The notes under the pieces are model-generated. The model saw only the letters and a list, made by a program, of their open reading frames with translations. It was not told the origin of the DNA and searched no databases. The translations under genes and the position numbers were made by a program. Below are positions 27,858 through 40,200 of a DNA stretch of 64,000 nucleotides, piece by piece. The stretch's first letter is position 1. The number at the start of each line of letters is the position of its first letter. The stretch is from an uncultured Acidobacteriota bacterium (GTDB lineage: Bacteria > Acidobacteriota > UBA6911), in NCBI GenBank assembly GCA_963843575.1, contig CAWJKZ010000023.1, positions 32,001 to 96,000 of the forward strand, read 5' to 3'.

Positions 27858-27907
27858 ATGCCAAGTCGTTGCGGTCCAGCCGTGCCCTCACCTGTCCCCG
27901 AGTTTGT

Positions 27908-28309
27908 TCAGATGGCGGCGATGACGGTGATTTCGACACGGGCGCCCGCGGGGAGCGCCTGCACCTGGACCGTGGTGCGTCCCGGCGGGGCGTTTCGGAA
28001 GTACTCCGCGTAGACCTGGTTCATCTGCTGGAACTCCCCGAGGTCCGTCATGTGGACGGTGCACGCAACGGCGTCATCGAAGGTGGCGCCCGCCTCCGCC
28101 AGGATGTTCTTGATGTTCTCGAGCGTCTGGCGGGTCTCCGGCACGATCCCTCCGGGCACGATCTTTTCAGTTTTGGGGTCGATGCCCTTCTCCCCCGCTA
28201 CGAATACCAGGTTGCCGACCTGGATGCCCTGCGAATAGGGCCCTATCGGCGCAGCCGCCTTGTTGGTCTTGAGTACGCGCTTCTTCGCATCCGTGTTATG
28301 ACGTGCCAA
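27908..28309 (-). CDS. ridA: RidA family reactive-intermediate deaminase
   Basis: PIGPYSQG, VFVAG, QTLENIKNIL, MNQVYAEYF..APPGRTTVQV..LP.GARVEI; AAGGAG before TTG 28309. Confidence 0.9.
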   Translation of the reverse strand: MARHNTDAKKRVLKTNKAAAPIGPYSQGIQVGNLVFVAGEKGIDPKTEKIVPGGIVPETRQTLENIKNILAEAGATFDDAVACTVHMTDLGEFQQMNQVYAEYFRNAPPGRTTVQVQALPAGARVEITVIAAI

Positions 28310-28481
28310 ATTGTCTCCTTTTCTCGTTCGGTTGGTCAGCTTGCCATTATAAACGCCGGCGATCTGATTCAGTAAAATCCGCGGCTGAAGTTCTCGTTCG
28401 CCACCGAATTCCGGCGAGTGGGCCGCGGCGGCTCGACGCGGCCCAGGATGCGTCAAGACGTTGATTCTTCGGAGGCTCAAA

Positions 28482-28690
28482 ATGGGGAGCACGATCCGTC
28501 GCGGTTGTCTTCTGCTGTCGTTTGTGATTGCGTTCGCACACCCCGTTCCGCCATAGATCCGGATGGCGAAGGTGACCGGTGGGGAGGTGGAGGGCGTCGT
28601 GTCGGGCGGGGTGGCCTCCTTCAAGGGTATCCCGTATGCCGCACCGCCGGTGGGGGAGCTGCGGTTGCGCGCGCCGCAGCCGGTCGTGTT
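28482..28690 (+). pseudogene. Type-B carboxylesterase 5' fragment
   Basis: Not in the ORF track. GGAGG, ATG 28482, signal peptide, in-frame TAG, then [10 protein letters not shown]...[22 protein letters not shown]; ends at a family A repeat. Confidence 0.8.
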
Positions 28691-28794
28691 TTTGGACGCG
28701 GATCAACGCGGATCAACGACAAAGGCATAGGTGACAGGTCACGCGGCCGATCGGCGTGTACCGCTCAGATCCGCGGAGATCCGCGTCCTGGAAA
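28689..28794. repeat. Family A repeat element with inverted ends
   Basis: ACGCGGAT at 28696 and 28706 face ATCCGCGG 28769 and ATCCGCGT 28779. Confidence 0.7.
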
Positions 28795-28812
28795 CGTCAG
28801 CGTACTCCCGCC

Positions 28813-30753
28813 CTACGGGCCCAGTGCGGCGATGCGGTCCAGATCGAAAAACCGGTACAGGTCGAGGCAGAACAGTTCGGGCGCGTCCTGGAATTCGACG
28901 GGCTTCTCGAGCAGGTGCGCCAGGCTCCCGATGCCCTCGTGCACGGCGACGTTGCGATACAGGCCAGGCTCCAGGGCTGCGGCGATCAGCGCCACCGTCT
29001 GGCTCCGCATCCCGCAGGCTTCCAGCCTGATCCTGCCGCCGCCGGCGGACCTCTGGAGCCAACGGCTCAGCGCGTGCAACTGGGCGGCCTGCACGCCGAG
29101 CACCCTTCTTCCCATACTGTGCAGGATCTGGACGTACAAGGAGGCGTCGATGCCTTTCCACGCATCCCCGATGAAGAGCAGGTCCGCGGCGAGCACCTGT
29201 TCCCCCCGATTAACCCGGTCACAGACGATCGAGGCCGCCTCGCCGCGGCCCTTGTCGTGCAGGACTATGGTCGCGGGGGCGGCGGGCGCCGCGGCGAGCG
29301 ACTTCACGAGGACGCCCGTCGCCGGCAATCCGTCGGCCATCAGGAAGTTGTAGGATAGGGTTTCGACGCCCTTGTTCTTGCTGTTCATGACATTCCACGG
29401 GCCGGAGATGTCGATCGGATTGCAGCGGACCGTCTCCCTGAGCTTCTCCCGCTCCGCGCGCACCCAATCCTGGCGTGCCGCCGCCTCTGCAGGCGGCGTT
29501 GAAAGCACCGTCGAACGGCTGATCCTGCGCGCCAGGCCGAGGATCGTGAGGTTGTCCTTGGGGAGGCCGACCACCAGCTCGTCTCCGCTCTTGATCTCCG
29601 CGTCGACGGGGCTTTCACCGTCGACCGGCGGCAGGCCGAAGCTCCTGGCAAAAAAGCGATAGGCGGCCACCCGGTTGTCCAGCTGGTAGTTGTGGTTGCC
29701 CGGGTCGGCGTTTTCGTGCCACTCGAGTGCCTCCTCCTTGCCGTAAAGCCCGAAGACCGGGCGGATGGCGTCGTAGATCCAGGGTTTGGCCATCGGGGCG
29801 CGGAAGCAGCAATCGTCTTCGGCGTTGTATGCCAGGAGGGTGGGGCGGGGGGCGCGCAGGGCGACGAGGTGAGGGTAGTCGATCGTTCGGATGAAATCCG
29901 TCGCATTCTGCTCGATATCCCCGAGGTCGCCGAAATCGCGCGCCTCGACGCGGGTGCGGGTGGCGGCAAAACCGGCGACAGGCACCGAAGCGGCGACGCG
30001 CTCGTCGAGAGAGCTCAGCACGATGGTCTGCCAGCCGCCGCCCGAGAGCCCCGTCATGCCGACCCGTGCGCGGTCGGTGTTCGGGTGCTCCCACAGGTAG
30101 TCGAGCCCCTTGCGCATCGCCAGGTAGAAGAGGCCGAGTCCGTTCGCGCCGACGAGGTCCAGGTGGGCGCCGAACCAGTGACGGTTCTCCGGCTGGCTCA
30201 GTTCGCCGAAGGCCAGCCACTCGAGGTTCAGCGCCAGGATGCCGCGTTTCGCAAAGTTGATGCACCGCTTCTGCTTGTACTCGACAGCCTTGCCGATCGG
30301 GCCGACGTGCCCGTTGACGTTGAGGATGGCGGGGACCTTGCCCGCCAGGCGTTCTGGCTCGTAGAGGAGCGCGGCCGAGTAGAAGCCGGGCACAATCTCG
30401 TAGCGCAGCCTGCGCACGCGATACCCGGGCCCCGACTCGATCAACCCGGCGTCCTCGAAGCGGGGGGCGGCGTTCACCCATTCGGCCGGCCAGCCGTGGA
30501 ACACGACCTCCCTCAACAGCGTCTCCCGCAGCTTCTTCGCCTCGGCCGTCCACTGCCCGGACGTTGCCGGAGCCGGCGGCGGGGGGAGGTTGCGCACGAT
30601 GTGTTGTTTCACCTGGAAGAGCGCGGCCGCCGGGGGGAGGATCTCCGCCCGCAGGACCGGCTGCACCTGGCCCACCTCACTCTGGGCGGACACGCGGGGA
30701 GCCATGTGGATCGACAGGACTGCCAGGCAAACGGCAGGGAATAATCGGCGCAT
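28813..30753 (-). CDS. Secreted alpha/beta hydrolase (acetylxylan esterase-like)
   Basis: Signal peptide; PAILNVNGH; nucleophile GMTGLSGGG; APRPTLL; DDCCF; HNY. Confidence 0.85.
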   Translation of the reverse strand: MRRLFPAVCLAVLSIHMAPRVSAQSEVGQVQPVLRAEILPPAAALFQVKQHIVRNLPPPPAPATSGQWTAEAKKLRETLLREVVFHGWPAEWVNAAPRFEDAGLIESGPGYRVRRLRYEIVPGFYSAALLYEPERLAGKVPAILNVNGHVGPIGKAVEYKQKRCINFAKRGILALNLEWLAFGELSQPENRHWFGAHLDLVGANGLGLFYLAMRKGLDYLWEHPNTDRARVGMTGLSGGGWQTIVLSSLDERVAASVPVAGFAATRTRVEARDFGDLGDIEQNATDFIRTIDYPHLVALRAPRPTLLAYNAEDDCCFRAPMAKPWIYDAIRPVFGLYGKEEALEWHENADPGNHNYQLDNRVAAYRFFARSFGLPPVDGESPVDAEIKSGDELVVGLPKDNLTILGLARRISRSTVLSTPPAEAAARQDWVRAEREKLRETVRCNPIDISGPWNVMNSKNKGVETLSYNFLMADGLPATGVLVKSLAAAPAAPATIVLHDKGRGEAASIVCDRVNRGEQVLAADLLFIGDAWKGIDASLYVQILHSMGRRVLGVQAAQLHALSRWLQRSAGGGRIRLEACGMRSQTVALIAAALEPGLYRNVAVHEGIGSLAHLLEKPVEFQDAPELFCLDLYRFFDLDRIAALGP

Positions 30754-30851
30754 TGGGAGACCTCCGTTTCGTTAGCGTAGCAATAAAATAGTGTAGCGCA
30801 GGTCATAGTTGAGGAGACATCCCAAGAAGCTCATCTCAAAGTCTTAAAGTC

Positions 30852-31664
30852 TCAAAGAATCTCGAAGAGGCCGGAAAGGCGGTCCAGGACGGCATGGACG
30901 GTTCCGCTCGAGCCGTCCGGGCTGAGGCCGCGCTCGATTTCGCGGCTCTCGAGCTGCAGCCGGAAGACCTCTTCGCGTCCCTCGGGCGCCAGGTCGAGCC
31001 ACGCGGTCGACGGCAGGATCCGCCCCGAACGGTCTCTCTCTCGGAAGGCGGAACACGCCTGCTCGATCAGGATTTCAGGCCGTCCTTTTTTCATAGTGAG
31101 AATCTCCGCGAGCCGGACGCCCTTGCGCTCCAGGCACGGCCGGAGCAGGTTGCGGGCCCGTACGACATTCTGGAGGAAAGTGTTGACCTTCATGCCGGCC
31201 GCCGCCGCGGCTTCCCGGTCGCCGCGGTACCCCTCGCGGAGCCGGGCCAGGAGCGCGCCCCGTGGCTTCCCCGGCAGCTGTGCTACGCAGCCATCGATCG
31301 CCTTGCGGAGGAACGGGTCCGGCAGAGGCGGCTCGACAACGACGTCCGGTGCATCGTCAAGGGGCTCCTCCATCCGGTAGCGCCGGATCTCCTCGCGCGC
31401 GACATTCCTGGCAACCCCGCAGGCGAATTTCAGCGAAGCGTTTTCCGTCTTCAGCACGCGGTCCGGGTCGTTGGCGAGTATCCACATCCGCAGCAGGGTT
31501 TCCTGCATGACGGATTCGACGTCCACCGACCGGGCGAAACGGGCCAGGGTGCGGCGGATGGGCATCTCCACCATGCCCATCCACTGCGCGAACCCATCCT
31601 GGCTGCCGGAACGGGCCAGCCGAAAGGCGGCGTCGACTTCGCCTGCGCGCCCTGGTTCGCTCAA
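30852..31664 (-). CDS. ECF-type sigma factor with an in-frame ~80-aa C-terminal extension (possibly a second gene from ATG 31094)
   Basis: DVESVMQETLLRMW, VARNVAREEIRR, CVAQLPGKPR, GMKVNTFLQNVVRAR; start overlaps the VIT gene stop; internal GGAG-N9-ATG. Confidence 0.75.
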   Translation of the reverse strand: MSEPGRAGEVDAAFRLARSGSQDGFAQWMGMVEMPIRRTLARFARSVDVESVMQETLLRMWILANDPDRVLKTENASLKFACGVARNVAREEIRRYRMEEPLDDAPDVVVEPPLPDPFLRKAIDGCVAQLPGKPRGALLARLREGYRGDREAAAAAGMKVNTFLQNVVRARNLLRPCLERKGVRLAEILTMKKGRPEILIEQACSAFRERDRSGRILPSTAWLDLAPEGREEVFRLQLESREIERGLSPDGSSGTVHAVLDRLSGLFEIL

Positions 31665-33970
31665 AGCCGCGGCTCCAGTCTGATGAACAGATCCATGTTG
31701 AAACGGCCTGGCCAGTTGATGCGGGCCGTGTCGTGCTCCCAGTTATATCCTCGTTCGAGCGCCAGGGCGAGCTGCACCGTCAGGCCGGCCCCGTGAGGCC
31801 CTGGGCTGCTGCTGTCCCGCGCGATCACCCGCCCGGTGCAGGAAACCCCGTCGTCAAACGCGACGCTGATTGGTACCCCGTCTTTCGGCAGGGTAAACCC
31901 TGCCGCCGGCACCTCGAACTCGAAGACCAGCAGCCCGCCTTCGATGCTCAAAACCCGACCTTCGATGCTGCGACTCCGCTCTTCGCGGACCAGCGGCCGA
32001 AACATGCGCGCTCGCACGCGCGAAGAACGAAGTGGAAGCGACACATCCTCGAAGGCGAGGTCGGGACGTGCCGAGGCCATGTCAAGGCACATGAACTGTG
32101 CCGTGGCGCGAGGCAGCAGGCCCGCCGCTTCCGCCGATACGCCGGCAGGCACCTCGACCGGCAGGCGCTCGCGCCGGCGCGGATCCGTCGGGTCGACGGT
32201 GGTGTCTTCCGAGATGGCGATGAGGCTCGTGCTGCGGCTCGGGATGCCGTGGCGCAGCGCGACTTCCTCGAGTTTCTCCTCAAGCCGCCGAACCGATCCT
32301 TTCCCGGCGGCGGCAATCTCGAGCTCGAGGTCCTCGACGGCGTGCCGCCCGAACAGGGCTCCGACCGGGAGGTCGGTCACCCCCGGCCCGGGAGCCGCGG
32401 AACCCGAAGCCGGCGGGATCTCCAGGCATCGCACCCACGACGCGCGGCTGCCGGCGAGCTTGCCCTGGATCCGGATTTCGCCCCCCTCGGTCCCCACTTG
32501 CGCAAACAGGACCAGCGGCTGTCCGGCGAAAACGTCCTGGGGCCGGCTCGGGGCCAGGGCCACCAGTGCGTATCCCGTCACCTCGATGTCCGCCAGGACC
32601 GGCCGGACCGTCGCCCGCAGCAGCCGCGCCGCGGCGGTCCCGGCCTCCTTGCGAGAGCCGGCCACGATCTCGCTGCCCCGGCCCGCGCGCGCCACGCCGC
32701 GGGTAAGCGACCGGTTTGGTGCCGAACCGATTCCCACGGCGTGAACCCTGGTCCCCGGGGCGAGCCGGCGCATGACCTGTCCGATCACCTCCCCCTCGAA
32801 CCCGATGTAGCCGTCCGAGAGGAGTATCACCTGCCGCTGGGAGTCGTCCCGCAGCGGCCTGAGGGCTTCCACCAGGGCCCGGGTCATCTCCGTCGAGCCG
32901 GAGGCCTCGACGTCCTGCAGTTCCTTCAGGGCGCGCTCGACGTTCTTCTCCCCGGCCTCGGCCGGCTGCCGCACGAGCCGGCGGACGTCGTCGGCGAAGG
33001 TCAGGATCTCGAAGCGGTCGCCGGCGTCCAGGCTGCGCAGGAGCTCGGTAGAGACGATCTTCGCGCACTCCAACGGCTCGCCCGACATCGACCCGCTCGC
33101 GTCGATCAGCAGGGTGAGGTCGCGGCGAAGCGCCGCGACCGCCGCGGCCGGGGGGGTGACGGTGATCATCAGGTAGCGTCCCGTGTCGCACGGGAGCCCC
33201 TTGCCCTCGACGACCCGGACCCCGACCTCCTGTTTCACGGCCGCCCAGCGGACCACCAGGTCCCGGTCCAGCCGCATTGCCTGCCGGAGAAAGGCGCGGA
33301 CACCGTCCCCGCTTTCCTCGAGCTCGAGCTCGAGGCCGGGAGCGTTTGGGTGGATCTCGCCGGCGGAGCCGTCCGCGATCCGCAAACTGGCTGCCAGCCT
33401 CACCGGGATCTCCGAATCGGCGCGGTCCACGTCCAGCCTAACGGCGTCCGGTACCCTGCCCGGGCCCCCCTCGTATCTCACCCCGACGACGGTAGGGAAG
33501 CGGTACTCCCACTCGGCGCGCCCCTCGCCGTTCGCAGGAACGAAGGCCAGCGGCTGCAGCACTTCGATCTCGATCTCCGCGCCCTGCCCCGGAGGCAGGC
33601 TGCCCAGCTGCTGGGTGAACGTGTCGGCGCGCACCTGTTCGAGCAGCGCGGCCGTGCGCCCTTCCAGCAGCGCCTTGCGGTACTCCTGCCGGGCCTCTTC
33701 GCGCTTGCGGATCTCGCCCCGGATCACGCGCGGCCCGAGCCGGATGGTGTAGCCGGTGACCGTCCCGTCGGCCGGCAGCGGAAGCGTGTAAAGCACTTCC
33801 AGCGGTTCCCGGTATGGGTTGTCGTATGACTGGGTCAACTTCGTGGCCGCGATGCCGCCCTCGGCCCGCGCGTCGATGCTCGCCGATTTCAACGGGTAGA
33901 CGTCCCCCTTCACCGAGACGAGCCCGGCCGCGCGCGCCGGTCCTGCCTGTGCCAATGCGCCTGTCGCCAT
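31661..33970 (-). CDS. VIT + von Willebrand factor A domain protein
   Basis: LTQSYDNP..PLEVLYTLPLP VIT domain; MIDAS DASGSM, GSTEM, LLSDG, VGIGSAPN; AAGGAG before ATG 33970. Confidence 0.9.
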   Translation of the reverse strand: MATGALAQAGPARAAGLVSVKGDVYPLKSASIDARAEGGIAATKLTQSYDNPYREPLEVLYTLPLPADGTVTGYTIRLGPRVIRGEIRKREEARQEYRKALLEGRTAALLEQVRADTFTQQLGSLPPGQGAEIEIEVLQPLAFVPANGEGRAEWEYRFPTVVGVRYEGGPGRVPDAVRLDVDRADSEIPVRLAASLRIADGSAGEIHPNAPGLELELEESGDGVRAFLRQAMRLDRDLVVRWAAVKQEVGVRVVEGKGLPCDTGRYLMITVTPPAAAVAALRRDLTLLIDASGSMSGEPLECAKIVSTELLRSLDAGDRFEILTFADDVRRLVRQPAEAGEKNVERALKELQDVEASGSTEMTRALVEALRPLRDDSQRQVILLSDGYIGFEGEVIGQVMRRLAPGTRVHAVGIGSAPNRSLTRGVARAGRGSEIVAGSRKEAGTAAARLLRATVRPVLADIEVTGYALVALAPSRPQDVFAGQPLVLFAQVGTEGGEIRIQGKLAGSRASWVRCLEIPPASGSAAPGPGVTDLPVGALFGRHAVEDLELEIAAAGKGSVRRLEEKLEEVALRHGIPSRSTSLIAISEDTTVDPTDPRRRERLPVEVPAGVSAEAAGLLPRATAQFMCLDMASARPDLAFEDVSLPLRSSRVRARMFRPLVREERSRSIEGRVLSIEGGLLVFEFEVPAAGFTLPKDGVPISVAFDDGVSCTGRVIARDSSSPGPHGAGLTVQLALALERGYNWEHDTARINWPGRFNMDLFIRLEPRL

Positions 33971-34032
33971 GATGTCTATTCTCCTTTTATACCCATCCAT
34001 GACTCCAGCACGCCAATTCGTGACACTGAATT

Positions 34033-34059
34033 TGGAGTGCGGCGCCTCGGCGCCGCTTT
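34033..34059. repeat. REP family B (TGGAGTGCGGC...GCCGCTTT), single copy
   Basis: TGGAGTGCGGCGCCTCGGCGCCGCTTT, hairpin GCGGCG...CGCCGC preceded by GGAG. Confidence 0.8.
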
Positions 34060-34260
34060 CCGCTCATGTGGATCTGCCTGCGCCTTGAACCGGCTGCGGC
34101 CTCCTACCGGCAACAAACCGAGACGGGGCGACACAAATCGGCCCGCCGCGGCCCACCGATCTGTATTGCATGCCAACCTGACCTGGCATAGAGTTCGGGC
34201 AAACGTTGGCATCTTCGCGCGAGACACTGTGTCGCTCGTCATTACTTCCAAGATCCCTCA

Positions 34261-37200
34261 ATGGAAATGCGAGGTAATACAGCACCATCGGATACAGGAG
34301 ACCGCCAGTTCCGGATTCCCTCCATAACGCTTCCCACGGGAGGCGGGGCGATCCGCGGCATCGGCGAGAAGTTCGCCGCCAACCCGGTCACCGGCACCGG
34401 CTCCATGTCGGTGCCCATCGCCACCAGCCCCGGGCGATCCGGCTTCGGCCCCCAGCTTTCGCTCTCCTACGACTCCGGCTCCGGCAACGGCCCATTCGGC
34501 TTCGGCTGGAGCCTCTCGCTCCCGTCCATCACCCGCAAGACCGACAAGGGCCTGCCGCAGTATCGGGATGCCGAGGAGTCGGACGTCTTCATCCTCTCGG
34601 GCGCCGAGGACCTCGTGCCGGTTCTGCCGAGCCGGACGGCACTGCGGTTCAAGGACGACACGCACCGCCGCCGGGCTTACCTGATCCATCGCTACCGTCC
34701 CCGCATCGAGGGCCTGTTCGCCCGCATCGAGCGCTGGACGAAGGTCGCAACCGGCGAGATCCACTGGCGCTCGATCACCCGCGACAACGTCACGACGCTG
34801 TACGGCGAAGGACAACAACTCCCGCATCTTCGATCCCGCCGACCCGTCTCCGGCCAATCCGACGCGCATCTTCAGCTGGCTCATCTGCGAGAGCTACGAC
34901 GACAAGGGCAACGCCATCGTCTACGAGTACGCGGCAGAGAACGACGACAACGTGGATCGCGGCCAGGCCAACGAGCGCAACCGCGTGCGCACCGCCAATC
35001 GCTACCTGAAGCGCATCAAGTACGGCAACCGCGTCTCGCGCCTCATCGCAGCCGCGACCTGTCAGCTCAGGCGTCCTGGATGTTCGAGGTGGTCTTCGAC
35101 TACGACGAGGGCCACTACGAGGAGGTCGATCTCGACCCAGCCCGGCCCGAGGCCGAACAGCACCGGTTTGTCCGCGCCTCAGCCTCGGCGGCGTCGGCCT
35201 TGGGCGGTTCGCCCCGACCCGTTCTCCTCCCATCGCGCCGGCTTCGAGGTGCGCACGTATCGCCGTTGCCGCCGCGTCCTGATGTTCCATCACATTCCCG
35301 ACCTTCCCACGGGCGAGAAGGGCTACGACGGCCTGGTGCGGTCCACCGAGTTCGACTACGCCGACCTTGACTACACGGCAGCCCGTCGCGATCGAAGACG
35401 AGCTCGCCCATCAGGGCAGCACCCGCTTCGCGTCGTTCATTCGCGCTGTCACGCAGTCAGGCTACGTGCGGGACGACACCCAGGCCGTGGTCGTGCGCAA
35501 CGGCGTCGCATACGCCACCTACCTCAAGAAATCGCTGCCGCCGCTCGAGTTCGAGTACAGCAAGGCAGCCATCCAGGACCAGGTCCGCGAGCTCGACGCC
35601 GGAAAGCCTCGAGAACCTGCCCGCCGGTCTCGACGGCTCGACCTACCAGTGGGTCGACCTGGACGGCGAAGGAATCTCCGGCATCCTGACGGAGCAGGCC
35701 GGCGCCTGGTTCTACAAGCCGAACCTGGGCAGACGGCCGCTTCGGCCCGCTCGAGACCGTCGCCGCGAAGCCCTCGCCTGGCGGCTCTGAGCGGCGGCGC
35801 GCCAGCAGCTCCTCGACCTCGCCGGCGACGGCCAGCTCGACCTGGTGACGCTCGCCGGCCCCACGCCGGGCTTCTACGAGCGCACCCGCGACGAGGACTG
35901 GGAGCCGTTCCGGCCGTTCCGTCGCTGCCCAACATCGCGCTGGGACGACCCGAACCTCCGGTTCGTCGACCTGGACGGCGACGGCCACGCCGACGTGCTG
36001 ATCACCGAAGCACGACGCCTTCACCTGGCACCCCTCGCTGGCGGAAGAGGGCTTCGGCCCGGCCCGGCGCGTCCGCTCAGCCGCTGGACGAGGAGCGCGG
36101 CCCGCGCCTGGTCTTCGCCGACGGCACGCAGTCCATCTACCTCGCCGACATGTGCGGCGACGGCCTCACCGACCTCGTGCGCATCCGCAACGGCGAGGTC
36201 TGCTACTGGCCGAACCTGGGCTACGGCCGCTTCGGCGCCAAGGTCACGATGGACAACGCGCCCTGGTTCGACAACCCCGACCAGTTCGACCAGCGCCGCA
36301 TCCGCCTGGCCGACATCGACGGCTCCGGCACCACCGACATCATCTACCTGGCACCGCGACGGCGTGCGCCTCTACTTCAACCAGTCGGGCAATCGGCTGG
36401 AGCGAAGCGCGCCGCCTGGCCCAGTTCCCGCGCGTCGACAACGTCTCCTCCGTCATGACGGCCGACCTGCTCGGCAACGGCACCGCCTGCCTGGTCTGGT
36501 CGTCGCCGCTGCCGGCGATGCGCGCCGGCCGCTGCGCTACATCGACCTGATGGGCGGGACCAAGCCGCACCTGCTGATCAAGTCGGTCAACAATCTCGGC
36601 GCGGAGACGCAGGTTCACTACGCGCCCTCGACCCGGTTCTACCTGGCGGACAAGCGCGACGGCCGGCCCTGGGTGACCCGGCTGCCGTTCCCCGTGCACG
36701 TCGTCGAGCGCGTCGACACCCACGATCGCATCAGCGGCAACCGGTTCGTCACCCGCTACGCCTACCACCACGGCTACTTCGACGGCATCGAGCGCGAGTT
36801 CCGCGGCTTCGGCATGGTGGAGCAGTGGGACACCGAGGAGTTCGCCGCGCTCAGCGCCGGCGGGCCGGCACCCGCCGGGACCAACGTCGACGCGTCCTCC
36901 CACGTTCCGCCGGTGCTCACCAAGACCTGGTTCCACACCGGCGTCTATCGTCGGCCGCGATCACGTCTCCGACTTCTTCGCCGGCCTCCTCGACGCCAAC
37001 GACGCCGGCGAGTACTACCGCGAGCCCGGTCTCAACGATGCAGCAGGCGCGTGCGCTCCTGCTCGACGACACCGTCCTGCCCGCCGGCTTGACGGTCGAC
37101 GAGGAACGCGAAGCCTGCCGCGCCCTCAAGGGCTCCATGCTGCGCCAGGAGGTCTACGCGCTCGACGGCACGGACAAGCAGCAGCACCCCTACACCGTCA

Positions 37201-40200
37201 CCGAGCAGAACTTCACCATTCGCGTGCTGCAGCCGCGGGGCGGCAACCGCCACGGCGTGTTCTTCACCCATGCCGCGCGAAGTCGATCAGCTACCACTAC
37301 GAGCGCAACCCCGCCGACCCGCGCATCGGCCACGCGCTGACGCTGGAGGTGGACGACTTCGGCAACGTCCTGCAAGTCCGCCGCGATCGGCTACGGCCGC
37401 CGCCAGCCGGACTCGGCCCTGTCGCCGGCGGATCAGGCCAAGCAGGCCCAGACCCTCATCACCTACACCGAAAACCGCGTCACCAACGCGATCGAGGCCG
37501 CCGACGATCACCGCACGCCGCTGCCCTGCGAGTCGCGCACCTACGAGCTCACCGGGTTGACGCCTGCCGGCGGGGAGCAACCGCTTCACCTTCGATGCAA
37601 GTCCTCGACGCCGGGACGACGGCGATCGCCCTCGACTACGAGAAGAACCCGACCGCCGGACTGGCTTGCAGAAGCGCCTGATCGAGCACGTGCGCACCTA
37701 CTACCGGCGCAACGACCTGGCCGGACCGCTGCCGCTGGGCGAGCTGCAGTCGCTGGCGCTGCCCTTCGAGAGCTACAAGCTCGCCTTCACGCCGGGCTTG
37801 GTCGCTGCGGTGTACGGCGGCCGGGCCAGCGACGCCATGCTCGGCGAACGAAGGCCGCTACGTCCACACCGAGGGCGACGCCAACTGGTGGATCCCCTCC
37901 GGGCAGGTCTTCTACTCCCCGGACCCGGCCGACACGCCGCCGCAGGAACTGGCCTACGCCCGCCAGCACTTCTTCCTGCCGCACCGTTACCGCGACCCGT
38001 TCCACACCGAACGCGGTCAGCACCGAGAGCTTCGTCACCTACGACGCCTACGACCTGCTGGTGCAGGAGACGCGCGACGCCCTGGGCAACCGCGTCACCG
38101 TCGGGCGAACGCAACGTCGACCCGACCGGCACGCCTCGATCCGCCGAGCCGGCAACGACTACCGCGTGCTGCAGCCGCGGCTGGTCATGGACCCCAACCG
38201 CAACCGCTCGGAGGTGGCCTTCGACGCCCTCGGCATGGTCGTCGGCACCGCGGTGATGGGAAAGCCGGAGGAGGTCCCCGTCCCCGGGCGACTCGGCTGG
38301 ACGCGAGTTTCGCGCCGACCTGACCCAGGCCGAGATCGACCAGTTCCTCGACGAATCCCAAGGGGCCGCTGGCGGCCACGCTGCTCGACGACGCCACCAC
38401 GCGCATCGTCTACGACCTGACCGCCTACTGGCGTGAGCCCGATCCGGCGAAGAAGCCACCCGCCGTCGCCGCGACGCTCGCCCGCGAGACCCACGCGAGC
38501 GATCCCGCGCCGGACCAGCGGACTGCAGGATCCAGGTCAGCTTCTCCTACTCCGACGGCTTCGGCCGCGAGATCCAGAAGAAGATCCAGGCCGAGCCCGG
38601 ACCCGTTCCCACGCGCGACGCCGCGGGCAAGATCATCGTGGGCGCGGACGGCCAGCCGCGAGATGACGCCGAACGACGTCAGCCCGCGCTGGGTGGGCAG
38701 CGGCTGGACGGTCTTCAACAACAAGGGCAAGCCCGTCCGCCAGTACGAGCCGTTCTTCACCGACACCCACCGCTTCGAGTTCGACGTCCGCATCGGCGTC
38801 AGCCCGGTGCTCTTCTACGACCCGGTCGAACGCGTGGTCGCCACCCTGCACCCCAACCACACCTGGGAGAAGGTGGTCTTCGACCCGTGGCGGCAGGAGA
38901 CCTGGGACGTCAACGACACCGTGCTGGTGGCCGACCCCAAGACCGACGCCGACGTGGGCGACTTCTTCAGCCGCCTGCCGAATGCCGACTACCTGCCCAC
39001 CTGGCATGCGTTGCGGACGGATCCGGCCCACGCTGCAGCGTGCGACGCAGCGCTGGCCCGGACCCAAGACCGCGCGATGCCGAGAAACGCGCCGCCGAGA
39101 AGGCTGCGGTCCATGCCGGCGACGCCCACCGTCGCCCACGCCGACTCGCTCGGCCGCACCTTCCTCACCGTCGCCCACAACAAGTTCAAGTACAGCGACA
39201 CGCCCCCGGCCGACTCCGCCCGTCGAGGAGTTCCATCGCACGCGGATCATCCTCGACATCGAAGGCAACCAGCGCGAGGTCATCGACGCCAAGGACCGCG
39301 TCGTCATGCGCTACGACTACGACATGCTCGGCAACCGCGTCCACCAGGCCAGCATGGAGGCGGGCGAGCGCTGGATGCTGAACGACGTGGCCGGCAAGCC
39401 GCTCTACGCCTGGGACAGCCGCGACCACCGGTTCCGCACCGCCTACGACCCGCTGCGGCGGCCGACGGATTCCTTCCTGCGCGAAGGCGCGGGCGCCGAG
39501 ATGCGTCGTCGGGCGCAGCGTCTACGGCGAGACCCGCCCGAACCCCGAGGCGAGCAACCTGCGCGGCAAGGTGGTCGAGCTCTGCGATCAGGCCGGCGTC
39601 GTCACCAGCGACGACTACGACTTCAAGGGCAACCTGCTGCGCAGCCGGCGCCGAGCTGGCCGCAGTCGTACAAGACCACGCTGGACTGGTCCGGCGCCGT
39701 GCCGCTGCAAGCCAGAGACCTACACCAGCCGCACGCGCTACGACGCGCTCAACCGCCCGATCCAGTTGATCGCGCCGCACAGCGACCAGCCCGGTGCGAC
39801 GGTCAACGTCATCCAGCCGAGTCTACAACGAGGCCAACCTGCTGGAGCAGGTGCACGCCTGGCTCAACCGGGATGCCGAGCCCGCGGGCTGGCTCGATCC
39901 GGCCACCGCGAACCTGCACGCGGTCACCGACATCGACTACGACGCCAAGGGCCAGCGCACCCTGATCGACTATGGCAACGGCGCTCACGGACGACCTACA
40001 CCTACGACCCAGCTCACCTATCCGCCTCGCGCAGCTGCTCACGCGCCGCGACGCCGTGTGCCTTCCCGGCGACTGCTCCCCAGCCTGCCGCCGCCGACAT
40101 GGCCCGGACTGCCCAGGTCGCAGAACCTGCACTACACCTACGATCCGGCCGGCAACATCACCCACATCCGCGACGACGCGCAGCAGACCATCTACTTCCG

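Noticed and set aside
28550-28560. In-frame TAG as pyrrolysine recoding
   Set aside because: The gene is truncated about 45 codons later and no pyl genes are present; a CAG-to-TAG change is simpler.
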